Source: Rhodothermales bacterium | GTDB lineage: Bacteria > Bacteroidota > Rhodothermia > Rhodothermales > JABDKH01 | Length of the DNA: 64,000 bases | Reading direction: 5' to 3' | Assembly: GCA_963768565.1 (NCBI GenBank) | Contig: CAVYIO010000015.1 | Coordinates: 30,059-94,058, forward strand | Part shown: positions 32,914 to 44,243 of the stretch, piece by piece | How the letters are laid out: the number at the start of each line of letters is the position of its first letter | Numbering within the stretch: position 1 is the stretch's first letter | Notes under the pieces: model-generated | The model's database searches: none | Told to the model about the DNA's origin: nothing | Seen by the model: only the letters and a program-made list of their open reading frames with translations | Made by a program: the position numbers and the translations under genes

Positions 32914-33453
32914 ATGAAGGCCGTCAAGATTATTCTCGTCGCGATCCTGGTGATCTTTTTTCTTCTGGTGATTGTCGGATTCCTGCTACCCGCTGAATGG
33001 GAAGTCAGCGAGTCCGTCGCCATCGAGGCGACTCCGGCGGAGGTGTACGCGCACGTTTCAGAGTTTCGCCAGTGGCCCGCGTGGACCGCATGGGCGGCGG
33101 CAGACCCCGACATGACGTACTCCTACAGCGGTCCTGATACGGGCGTCGGCCAGGTAACAGAGTGGTCGGGGAATCAAGGGACGGGGCGAATGGAGATCAC
33201 AGACATCGACTCTCTGCGCCGCATCGACTACTACTTTTCCATGGACGACGACACCTTCGGGGCCGCGTCGTCGATTGTTCTGGATGATGTTGATGGTGAG
33301 ACACACGTGACATGGTCGTCCGCGGGTGATGTTGGTGGTAATATCGCCGCCAGATATTTCATGAAAGTCTTCACGCCGTATATGTCGGCCGACTACCAGA
33401 GCGGGTTGGATCGGCTGAAAGAGATTGCGGAGTCGGGGAGAGCCGATTTATAG
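32914..33453 (+). CDS. SRPBCC/START-like protein with N-terminal TM
   Basis: 'VSESVAIEATPAEVY..WPAWTAW..YQSGLDRLKEIAE'. Confidence 0.85.
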   Translation: MKAVKIILVAILVIFFLLVIVGFLLPAEWEVSESVAIEATPAEVYAHVSEFRQWPAWTAWAAADPDMTYSYSGPDTGVGQVTEWSGNQGTGRMEITDIDSLRRIDYYFSMDDDTFGAASSIVLDDVDGETHVTWSSAGDVGGNIAARYFMKVFTPYMSADYQSGLDRLKEIAESGRADL

Positions 33454-33520
33454 TCCAGATTGATGGGCGCGGATGGCCGCCTTCGCGGCCATGACAGGCG
33501 GGGGGAAGTTGCTCGCCTCT

Positions 33521-34393
33521 CGTCTTTGCGAGGCCGCGAAGCGGCCGCGGCAATCCTGGACGGTGAGTTGATCTCGGCAGCCCGGATTGCTTCTTCCGAG
33601 CCGACGGCTCCTCATCGCAATGACGGTTCCTTCAAACACTTTTCTATCGTCTTCGCGAGGCCGCGAAGCGGCCGCGGCAATCTTAGACGGTGAGTTGATC
33701 TCGGCGGCCCGGATTGCTTCTTCGGAGCGAGGGGCTCCTCATCGCAATGACCGTTCCTTCAAACTACTTTTCTATCGTCTTTGCGAGGCCGCGAAGCGGC
33801 CGCGGCAATCTTAGACGGTGAGTTGATCTCGGCGGCCCGGATTGCTTCTTCGGAGCCGAGGGGCTCCTCATCGCAATGACGCGTTCCTTCAAACTACTTG
33901 TCCTTCGTCTTTGCGAGGCCGCGAAGCGGCCGCGGCAATCTTAGACGGTGAGTTGATCTCGGCGGCCCGGATTGCTTCTTCGGAGCGAGGGGCTCCTCAT
34001 CGCAATGACCCTTCCTTCAAACTACTCGTCCTTCGTCTTTGCGAGGCCGCGAAGCGGCCGCGGCAACCTTAGACGGTGAGTTGATCTCGGCGGCCCGGAT
34101 TGCTTCTTCGGAGCGAGGGGCTCCTCATCGCAATGACCGTTCCTTCAAACTACTTGTCCTTCGTCTTTGCGAGGCCGCGAAGCGGCCGCGGCAATCCTGG
34201 ACGTGAGTTGATCTCGGCGGCCCGGATTGCTTCTTCGGAGCCAACGGCTCCTCATCGCAATGACCATTCCTTCAAACTGCTCGTCCTTCGTCTTCGCGAG
34301 GCCGCGAAGCGGCCGCGGCAACCTTAGACGGTGAGTTGCTCTCGGCGGCCCGGATTGCTTCTTCGGAGCCAGGGGCGCCTCATCGCAATGACG
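33521..34393. repeat. Tandem array of seven ~128-bp palindromic REP-like units
   Basis: CGTCTTYGCGAGGCCGCGAAGCGGCCGCGGCAA starts at 33521, 33648, 33776, 33906, 34034, 34162 and 34289; each unit ends in CTCATCGCAATGAC; lies between convergent genes. Confidence 0.97.
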
Positions 34394-34415
34394 GTTCGGT
34401 CAATTCCTCGACCGC

Positions 34416-34883
34416 CTAGAAAGTCCGGTGCTCAAAAAGGTCCAGTGCGTCTCCAACCATTGCGCACTTGCTCGGACCAAACCCCTTGATCTTCCCGAGT
34501 CGTTTTTGAACCGCTGCCAGATCAGAGCCGTCGTTCCACAGGTTCGTCGCATTCCCTTTGTACTCATCGACCAGAGTCTGCGCCAACTCTTGAACACGGC
34601 CGGCCATCATGTTTGCAAAGCTGTGCACGGCCGGTTTCTGCCGGAAGATGTCCTGCAGCTTTTCGAGATCCATCTTCGCGATCTTGCGCATATCCAGATG
34701 GCCGAGCCGCTGTTTCATTTTTAGCGGGCCCTTAAAAGCCATCTCGGCCTTGATTCGTTGATCAAGCAGAATCCCTATAAGCAACGCATTCCCATCGGCC
34801 TGGAGGAGCCGATCAGCGTCCTCGTCGAGGGTGGCCGCACCGTGTTGCACCTTGTTGTCAATCAGCCTCGCGAGTCCACCCAT
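34416..34883 (-). CDS. HhH-GPD-like putative base-excision repair protein (TIGR03252-like)
   Basis: 'DADRLL..ALLIGILLDQRIKAEMAFKGP', 'KPAVHSF..MAGRVQ', HhH 'LGKIKGFGPSK'. Confidence 0.8.
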   Translation of the reverse strand: MGGLARLIDNKVQHGAATLDEDADRLLQADGNALLIGILLDQRIKAEMAFKGPLKMKQRLGHLDMRKIAKMDLEKLQDIFRQKPAVHSFANMMAGRVQELAQTLVDEYKGNATNLWNDGSDLAAVQKRLGKIKGFGPSKCAMVGDALDLFEHRTF

Positions 34884-35039
34884 GATTCAAAGCTCCGGTT
34901 GCATTTCAGGATTACAGTTGGTCACAGCGCTACATAGTCTGAAGTCGTGACATTGGTTCCGGAAGCCGCCACGTCAGTGATCAAACATCTGTCCAACGCG
35001 TAAGAGGTCGCCCTCAGCAGCAAGTCATCACCCGCCGAG

Positions 35040-36094
35040 ATGGTTACCCCGGAATCCCGGCAGCCCCTACTCACCATAGACCGAAACGGTCTCTACTGTA
35101 AGGCAGGTCGATTCTATATCGATCCGCAGCGCGCCGTGGCGAGGGCGATAATCACCCACGGCCACTCCGATCACGCCCGTCCCGGTTCGAAGGCTTATCT
35201 CTCATCCCGATCCAGTGCGCCAATTCTCCGCGAGCGCCTGGGCAAGAATACACCGATCGAAACACTGGAGTTCGGCGAGACCGTTGACATGAACGGCGTC
35301 TCCGTCTCCCTGCATCCGGCCGGACATATTCTGGGGTCCGCGCAGATTCGGGTTGAATACAAGCGGTGAGGTGTGGGTCGTGACAGGCGACTACAAGACG
35401 GAGGCGGACTCCACCTGTGAAGCGTTTGAACAGGTCAGGTGCGACACGCTCATCACGGAGTGTACGTTCGGATTGCCGATCTACAGATGGCCTGAGCCGT
35501 CGGTGGTCAGGGACGACATCAACCAGTGGTGGAGATCCAATCGCGATCGAGGCGTCACCAGCGTGCTTCTCGGATACAGCCTCGGCAAAGCACAGAGGCT
35601 CATCGCAGGTCTGGATCCGTCGATCGGCCCCATCTACTGTCACCACGCGGTAGAGCGCATGAACAATCTGTACCGCGAGCAGGGCAGACTGGATGCAGAA
35701 ACCACTGACGTGGAGAATTGCTGCCGTCCCGCCCCGCTGGAGCGACGGAATCGTCGTGACTCCGAGTGTGCCGGCCGATTCGTCATGGTTTGGTCGTCTT
35801 GGGCCGACGTCGGTAGCCTTCGCCAGCGGCTGGATGGCAATTCGGAGTCGGCGCCGCCAGCGAGGGTCGGATCGAGGGTTTGTCGTATCGGACCACGTAG
35901 ACTGGCCGTCACTGATTGAGGTGATCAAAGGATCGGGCTGTTCGCGGGTTCTGGCGACCCACGGCTACACGAGGCAACTGTGTCGATGGCTCAACGAGAA
36001 CGGTACCTTCGCCGCGCCGCTTGACGAGGACGCGGAGCGTGACTCGGAGCGTGATTCGGAGATCGTGACGGTCGACGACGAGGCGTCTGCGTAA
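35040..36094 (+). CDS. Ligase-associated DNA damage response exonuclease (MBL/beta-CASP), two frameshifts
   Basis: 'ITHGHSDHARPG', 'HPAGHILGSAQ', 'TGDYK', 'ITECTFGLP', 'FASGWM', 'SDHVDW', 'THG'. Confidence 0.88.
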
Positions 36095-36096
36095 AG

Positions 36097-37830
36097 ATGC
36101 ACGAATTCTCCCGTCTATACCGGCGACTGGACGAGACGACGAAGACCGGCGAGAAGACGGCCGCGCTCGCCGACTATTTTGCGCATGCCGGTGCGGCAGA
36201 TGCCGCATGGGCCGTGTACTTCCTGATCGGGCGTCGTCCGAAACGAGCGGTGAAAATGGCACGCCTGCGACGATGGGCGGCTGAGCAAGCCGGTATCAAC
36301 GACTGGTTGTTCACCGATTGCCACGATGTCGTCGGCGATCTGGCGGAAACCATCACCCGTGTTCTTCCGACGACGAAGACGGTCGAACGACGACCTCTTC
36401 ACGAGTGGGTTGACCAGCACCTTCTCCCGCTTCGCGATGCACCCGAGGCAGTACGGCGTCGAACGGTGACGGGTGCGTGGAAAGACATGGATGCGGACTC
36501 GCGACTAGTCTGGAACAAGATCCTGACGAGCGGCCTCCGCGCGCAGGCGTCTCAAAAGCAATCGTCGTCCGAGGCTTGTCTGTCGCGTTCGGACTCGAGG
36601 AGAGTGTACTGGTGCACCGGATGGCTGGCGACTGGCAGCCATCCGCCGAATTCTTCGGGCGGCTGGTGGCCCATGACACCTCGGACACATCAGCAAGCCG
36701 TCCGTATCCCTTCTGCCCGGCGCATCTGCTGGAGAGTGACCCGACCACACTCGGAGAGCCGGAGCAATGGATGGTCGAGTGGAAGTGGGATGGGATACGG
36801 GTTCAGATCATCCGACGTCACGGACAGGTCTTTATGTGGACGCGTCAGGGAGAACTCGTCACGGACCGTTTTCCGGAGACGGCTGCCAGCGCCATGATGC
36901 TCCCCGATGGAACGGTTCTCGACGGCGAACTGCTCGCCTGGGGCCCGGATGGCGTGTTGCCATTTGGTGAGCTTCAGCGGCGATTGGGCCATAAAACGTT
37001 GGGGCCAAAGCTTCTGCGAGATACGCCGATTTGCTGTATTGTGTTTGACTTGCTTGAGTACGAGAGCCGGAGTATCCGCGATCAGCCACTGCGCGCCCGG
37101 CGACGCATACTTGCGAAGTTGCTTTCCGATATGCCGGGCTCCGCGGCGATGTGTTTGTCCAAGACGATAGATTTCGAAACCTGGGCTGACCTCGGCGCGC
37201 TGCGTGAGGAGAGTCGAAAGCAGGCGGGTGGAAGGACTTGTCCTGAAGGATCTTGACGCACCCTATGTTGATGATCGAGTGACGAAAGCATGGTGGAGTT
37301 GGAAGGTTGATCCACTGACGGTCTTGGCGGTGCTGATCTATGCCGAGCGTCGTCAAGCGGATTCGGGCGGCGGCTACACCGACTACACGTTTGCCGTCTG
37401 GGATGAAGACAATACGCTCGTGCCATTCACGCACGCGCACCAGGGGCTCACGGATAGCGAGGTCAAAGAGATCGACAGATTTGTGAAGCAGAATACCGTC
37501 GAACGTTTTGGGCCGGTCAGCAGTGTCAAGCCTGAACTCGTCTTCGAGATAGCTTTTGAATCGATTCGTGTTTCATCCCGCCACAAGTCAGGAATAGCGG
37601 TTCGATCTCCCAGAGTCCGCGCGTGGCTAAGAGACAATTCTCCTGCGGATGCTGATCAGACTCTCGAGGCTTCAGACATTTCTCACGTCGTAAGAGACCA
37701 AGATCTTGTTCCCGGGATATTGGTCGATGGAAGAGGCGAATACCTCTCCAGTCGGCTCTGCTTGCAGGTTCTTATTCAACGCGGCGAGGGTGTGGAACGC
37801 GTATGTGGAAGGTTATCCTTCGACAGATGA
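36097..37830 (+). CDS. ATP-dependent DNA ligase (PP_1105/TIGR04120-like), frameshifted; true stop probably nearer 37700
   Basis: 'VGDLAET', motif I 'EWKWDGIR', 'LDGELL', 'EGLVLK', 'WKVDP', 'YTDYTF', 'ERFGPV..PELVFEIAFE..RHKSGIAVR'. Confidence 0.88.
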
Positions 37831-37870
37831 GATCAGGACCTCTGGAGACCCGGGTCGCATAGTTCCGAAC

Positions 37871-40800
37871 TCACTTAGTCAGGAGCATGGTTCGCGTTTC
37901 GACGAAGCTGTCAGCCTCCATCCGGAAGAAATACACGCCGCTCGGCAGCGCACGAGCGTCGAACGCAACGCGGTACCGTCCCGGTCCGCGATCGCCGTCC
38001 GCCAGGCGCCGGACCTCACGGCCCAGCAGGTCATACACCACCAGACGTACCGACGACTGCACCGGCACGGCATACTCGATTGTCGTTGTCGGATTGAACG
38101 GGTTCGGGTAGTTCTGGTCCAGCGTAAACTCGGTCGGCACATCCTCCACCTCCTCGGCTCCAACCGGTCCGATGATCTCCACCTGGGCCTCTCCGACAAC
38201 CGTACCGCTGGCATCTTCGGCACGCACGACAAAGCTGCCTCCAAACGCGCCGGCCGTGAAGACCCCGCTGCGTCGATCGAACCGCCCGTCGCGGACCAAG
38301 AGGCGGTCAACGGAAAATCTCCACCCACCTGGTCAAAGCCCTCGGCCGTGAACGTCTGGACCTCACCCGGCTCGAGCACGGCGAAGTCCGGCGTGACGGC
38401 GATGGACGTCAGCGCCGCCTGCTGCTCCGAGACGGTGAAGTCAACGACAATCGGATAGGTGATCGTGTGGTTCTGGATGCTCAGATCAAGCGAGAGCGTG
38501 TCCGCATACGATCCTTCGGAGAGCGCACTGGCATCGAAAGTCAGACTGATCGTGACCGGTAGTCTGACCGGCTGTTGCGTCCGGCTGGATCCACTCGGCG
38601 TTCTTCGCCAGCGACCACTGCCATACGGGTCCGCCGACATCGGGCAGCTCGATCGATGCGGTCGTCGTCGTCTGCGTGGCCTTGATGACACCGACCGCAA
38701 GCACTCCGGGCGAGGGAGTCGGGATGGCCGGCGCCGCGCCAGTGCTCGTCAGCTGAGCCGTAGGCGCTGCCACTGCTTCGTACGTCCCGTCCCCGTCTGC
38801 GTCGACCTCCCACACGGCATCCATCGGCGTACCCGATTCGGACAGCGTGAACCGCATCTTACCGCCCTGTGAAACGACCTGGCGGTCGAAGAGCAGGTTC
38901 TCCCGGCTACTCTCACCGGCGACCATGCGGATCGACCGAGATGCGCGTCTCCTGCAGCGGGGCCGTTACGTCGACGGTGTAGGTGCTGTCGGCTGGCAGC
39001 GAGAGCGTCGTGCCGAACGTGGACGCCCAGTAGCCGATCTCCGGGACGCCGTACTCAAACCTGAACGCGCTCCTCCGGTGGATACGGGCCCCGTGTGGTT
39101 TCCACGGCCGTCCGTAACACCTGACCGTGATCGGGCCGGAGCCGTGGACGTAGAATACATCTCAGGTCGTCAGCGACTCTGTAACACCTGGCGGATTTAG
39201 CGGATCGGGTCTCTCGCGGCCAGAGTCCTCGAATCGTCGTCACGCGGTACGACATCTCCAGCAACTTCACCAACAGGTCCGTGAAATGCTCATCATCGGA
39301 CAGGCGACCGGGTCGGTAGCACGCTCGGGGATCGTTGCATGTCGGTGACGTTGATGCCATCCACAGAGATGTGGTGACCGCATCTGATGCGATCCACTAC
39401 TCGCCAATCTTCGGATCCCTCGGCAGGCGAAAGCTCCTTTGGCAGCATGACCAGGTCCTCAGGATCAACACCGTCTCCTCTGGCAAGGATTGGAACGAGC
39501 TTCTCTCTGTACAACACGAACCTGAGCGGACTCAGTCCCTTCACGGAACCTGGTGTTTTCCAGGAGTGACTCGACTTCCTGAGTCCACAAGAGCAGTAAA
39601 CAAGTAGTCTTCCGCCACGTCCCAGCGTGCGACCGTGCTCGCTTCTTGTTCGCAGGATTGGCTGAAAGGCAATCAGCTGTGGCGGTCCGAGCCACGGAGA
39701 GTCGGCATTAACAAGGACTGCGATCAGTCTGTTCAATCAAATATCGGTTGCGGGCGAGCCCTCGGATGTTCCGTCGCTTCCTTTGCTGAGGATAGACAAT
39801 CGCTGGGCGTGCGAAGCGGACTTTTGCCAATTGAAACTGAGGTCCCTCACGAAGCCGATCGTATCCCCGATGCTCCCGTGTGAGCGCATAGGCTGACTGC
39901 GGTGATAGAAGGGCATACGCGAGCGGCCAGTTCCGCTGCATCTCGATGACCCTTCCCCAGTCCGGCTTGAAGTCCCGGATCGTTCCGGCGAGTCCGAACA
40001 GCATACCCCGTCAAGTGAAAGCCGAAGTAGGCCGGCGCACCCTTGAACGGCGTTGCGAAGGTCAAACAGACGATGGACGCGGTTCCGGCCTAGTTCCGGG
40101 TACTTCTTGGCGTAGGTGGCGGCGACGAGTCCACCGGTTCCGAGCGCCACGATGTCCATCTGACACGCCCACGCCGTTGTTTTTCGGTTGATGCTGCTTT
40201 CGCCCACGATGCCGTCAATGAATTTCTTGAGTGAGTCGGCCGTCTCGGAGGGGCTCTTCCGCCAGTCGTACGGAAAGAGCCACTTGTCCTGCTCGGCTCG
40301 GGCCGGGAATTATCGAGATAGCTGACGAATCCGGCCGTCGAACAGACGTCTGAAGAATACCGCGATTGCCGAAATCCTTGTCTAGAAACGTCTCGATCAC
40401 CCGATGCGGCCGGACGCCATGGATGTCTTCACCCCGGTCGTTCATCTCTAGTCGCAGCAGCCGCTCCATCACGGCCTCGTCGGAGTCCGAAATCAGCTCG
40501 AATGGTGGCCAGACGTTCGCTCCCGTTCGATCCTTCAGCCACGTCCCCCCGATATCCGGAACGAACACGATGGGCCGGCGCACCTGAGACAGCTCGGATG
40601 AGTTGCCGTCCTCATCAATCGCCATCGCGGTGACGTAGGTGCCGTCGAACATCCCGGTGTAGATTTCGAACGCGCCGCTGTGCGTCGGCCGTCGTATGTC
40701 CAACCGGGCGGACTTTCTTTGCGTAGTAACGCTGCAGGCCCGAGCCCGTCTCCTCCAGCTCGTACAGGATCACTCGAGCCCCGGGTCGCGTCATGCCCCG

Positions 40801-43695
40801 CGCGTTCTCGTCCACGCGTAGTAGCCGCGGCGCCGGCATGTTGCCATTAGGGCCGGCTCGGTCGTTACGCTCCCAGTCCTGACAGCTCGGCCCGCGTCGA
40901 GACCCGACGAGATCGACCAGCAGGTTGTCGCTGTCATCTTCCAGAGCCATGACATTCTTCAGCACACTGATCCTCTCGGTTCCCCAGTTCACCGATGACC
41001 ACACCGCCGCCGAGGTAGTTCATCTCGTCGTCCTCCCATCCGCCAATCGTGACGTCCTTCGCACCGTCAAAAACGACCACGGCCCCCAACCCGTTCGGCT
41101 TGAGGTTTTCGCCGGCCGGATCAAACCCGATCCGACTGCCGATGATCTTGTGGCCAAAGCCGCCCTCGATCGCGATACCATACTCGTTGAACGAGTGCAG
41201 GGTCAGGCCCCGGATCTCCACCCGGCTCGCGCTAAGATGCAGCCCGTCGGCTTCAACCCCCTGTGGAACTCCACTTCCGTCGATCTCGACCATCTTGACT
41301 TCCCGGCTGCGAGGTCCCGTCAATCAGGACGCTCTTCGTAACCCACGGCAGCGGCCAGTCTACTTCGATCAGCGGTGGTCCTACCTCGTCCGGGATATCG
41401 AAGAGAATCGGAATGCCTTCCTCGAGCATGGCGTTGGAGGTCTGGATAGCGGCACGCAAGGTGCACTCCGGCTCCTCATTATCATCCCGAAAGATGGTGT
41501 CTCCCGTCGTACAGTTCTTGTCGTCATGGTTCGTGTCGTCGCCGTCTAACTCCGAATTGACGACGATTTGCAGGGGATCGCCGATCATGAAGACGTACGC
41601 GTCGACGCTGCCGCTGTGATCGGGCTGGAAAGCATTCAGGACGGGAAAATCGTGCGCCCATGTCCATCCTACGTGGTATGCATTCCCGCGCGCACTCACG
41701 GCCACAGCCTCTCCGGTCGATTGTTTGTCCCCACCCAGATACGTCGAATACACAAGCCCGCCGGATCCCGACACCGACGGGTCGATGCTGGCGGCGAGAG
41801 CGTTCTGCCAGCCGGCCGGTGCAACGGGCTGAAAGCCCTCCGGATCGGTTGGGAAATTCTGGGACTGCGTCGAGCCGGTCACGTGGATCACACCGCGACT
41901 GTCGACCGCGATATCTAACAGCTTGTCATCGTCACTCCCTCCCAGGTATGAAAAATACAGCAGGCTGCCGGTTGTACCCCATACGCTGACAAAACCGTCC
42001 CATCCGCCTCCCAGTTGCGGTTGGAACGCGTTCGGGGTTATCGGGAGTGAGTCGTCGGTGGCACCCACGTATCCACCAACATACAAACGCCCGTCAGCGC
42101 CCACAGAGATTCCTCGTGCGTTCGCAAAGCCACAGAACCGCGCCCATACTTCAGTGGCTGCACCATCTGAGCTGAGCCGCTCGAGGTCCGTAGAGAATCG
42201 CGTACACTCGGCCGGTTGGTGGTCATGCCCGGCGAGATACACGCGCCCCTGGCCATCTGCAGCGATGGCGGGAGCATGACCGCCCCACCCGCCGAGAAGC
42301 GTAGCATAGCCAGGCCCGCCGCCGTCCGGGTTGATCCGAACAACAAAGTCGGCTGTCTCATACTGGTCTTGCGACTCAGACAGGAACTGATCCGATTCGG
42401 TGTGCCCCAGGACGTACGCGTTGCCCGCACCGTCCAGTGCGATCGCTGAGCCCTCGTCCGGCTCGTCTCCTCCGAGATAGGTCGAATAGAGCAGCTCGTC
42501 CCCCGCCGCACTGAGCTTGAATGCAAAGGCGTCTCCACAGTCATCGGCCACGACCGACGCGTAGCAGTCCGCTATCGGATCGTTGTTTTCACTCTGAATA
42601 GCGTTCTTCGTAGGGAAGTCGTACGTGAACGTCTTTCCGGTCACATAGGCATTGCCCTCACTGTCGACGGCAATGGCTTGCGCCGTTTCCTCCAGGCCCT
42701 CGTGATCATGGCCGCCGACGAAAGCAGTCCACAGGATTCGATTTCCTGCCGGAGTCATTTTGGTCACAAAGACGTTCTCATCTTGACTGGGATTCTCGCT
42801 CGGATGGTAATAGGCCATTTCCCCGGTCGGGAATTGTGGCGTATATGTATTGCCGACGATGTAAACGTACCCGGCTGCATCGACGCCCACGTCAACGGCA
42901 TAGTCCGCACTGTTAGCGCCCAGGAACGTGGAGAATCCGACGACGGGATCGATGACGAGGAGATGACCCGGTCGTAGTCTCCTACGCGGATCCGAACCTC
43001 GTGGCCTTCAACCACAAACTCGGTCGCAACAACCTGTCGTCTGCCGTCGATTTGCTGATACGCGATCGGCCTCTCGAGGATGATGTCGCCATCTCGATCC
43101 GCAACGACCAGATTGCCTTTCCCGTCTAAGGTGATCTCCGGGACCCCGTCTAACCGGAACCGGATGTTCTTCGTCTCCGCACCGGGAGCCACCACAAAGT
43201 CGAACTCCAGCCGCCCGTCGTTGCCGTAGTATTCCAGGTCGATTCCCGGATAGAGGTGATCGAGTTGCAGCCTGTCGTAGTTAGGCACGTCGGTGATCCA
43301 CTCCGCTGGATCTTCTCCCAGGAAGTAGTGGGTCCGACTCACGGAGTTCATTCCCTACAAGTGCCTTCGACAATGACCTGATGTATTCAGGAACTCGAAT
43401 ATCCAGCGAGACCGCGTTCTCTCCGTCCGGTGGCATTCCGACTGACCGGAAGAACACGCCCTCGTCCGTCAGATAGACCTGGCGGTCGACACCCCTCGTG
43501 GTGAATCGTACATCCGGGTGGATCTGGCCGGCGTTGCTTCTCGAAGAGCACCGACGTTTTGCCGCGGACAGCTTCCACAGGGGTTTCGAATTCGGCCGGA
43601 ATCTCACGAGGAGGCGACTCACTGGCAAACGGAACAAACCGCGCTACTATCAGGAATGCAGCGAGTGCGGTAAGGCTGATTGTCAAGCGCTTCAT
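37871..43695 (-). CDS. Very large T9SS-secreted surface protein: SBBP beta-propeller, CSLREA/beta-helix-like, LCAT/lipase-like, BACON/Ig-like and CTD (many frameshifts)
   Basis: Start 'MKRLTISLTALAAFL'; 'LYPGIDL..LEFDFVVAPG'; repeated 'YSTYLGG', 'IAVDSEGNAYVTG'; 'CTLRAAIQ'; 'RPIVFVP', 'FPYDWR'; CTD 'NYPNPFNPTT..YDLLGREV..LPSGVYFFRM'. Confidence 0.75.
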
Positions 43696-43968
43696 AGCTG
43701 GCACCTCCATTGCGGAACTCGATGGCTCTAACGAGGCCCGATGTAATCGCAGAGCAGGAGAGGCAGTGCACCTTTCGAGAGAGCGCCTCGAACTGCTGTG
43801 GCCCTTCTCGTCCTGCATGCTCCGAATTGTCCCAGGGTTCGCGATCGATTGACGACCCCTGCCCGCTCGTCCCCCGGATTGTCTTTACCAACTATGTGGA
43901 TCTGGGAAAAAGAAAAAGCGGACTATCGCGTTTCGTGGTGAGGGGTTTTCCCCCGCGCACCATAAAAA

Positions 43969-44148
43969 CCATGAGAGTGACGTGCGATCGGATGGCTGTT
44001 GCCGGCAGCCGACCATCCTGGAGAGGGGGTACCACGTGAACTTCGGATGTGCGTAAGGAGTAATGCGCCGGCGAAGAGAGGTCTCGGGCCGCCCGAAGCC
44101 GCTTTGCAAGCGATGAGAGCGGGGTGGTTCAAACGCTCATACCCACGG
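43969..44148 (-). ncRNA. Candidate 6S-like rod-shaped RNA (~180 nt)
   Basis: On the - strand the ends CCGUGGGUAUGA / UCACUCUCAUGG pair at 10 of 12 positions using G-U, with a U-run following; inner stem CUUCGGG/UCCGAAG; intergenic between divergent genes. Confidence 0.4.
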
Positions 44149-44243
44149 ACCCCGGGAAGGGCCTGAGGTATAGATCACACCCCCCAAAACGGCCTCTCCC
44201 TCGCAACAGTCTTTTTCCAGCGTATACCGCGACCCACCGACAA

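Noticed and set aside
33448-34327. Short ORFs within the repeat arrays (e.g. 'SLRGREAAAAILDGELISAARIASSE')
   Set aside because: They are translations of the palindromic DNA repeat, broken by stops and frame changes between units.
33521-34393. CRISPR array interpretation of this array and the one at 22821-23255
   Set aside because: The whole 119-128-bp units are near-identical, there are no unique spacers, and no cas genes are in the window.
34981-35000. Second SOS box upstream of the exonuclease (AAACATCTGTCCAAC)
   Set aside because: Too many mismatches to the 21280 motif to support.
36030-36062. 12-bp tandem repeat (DAER-DSER-DSE) at the exonuclease C-terminus
   Set aside because: A short low-complexity tail with no evidence of function.
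43960-44040. T-box riboswitch (GAGGGGGTACCACG resembles GGGTGGTACCGCG)
   Set aside because: It lacks the UGGN bulge and a stem I, the downstream gene is unrelated to amino acids, and the lineage is not known for T-boxes.
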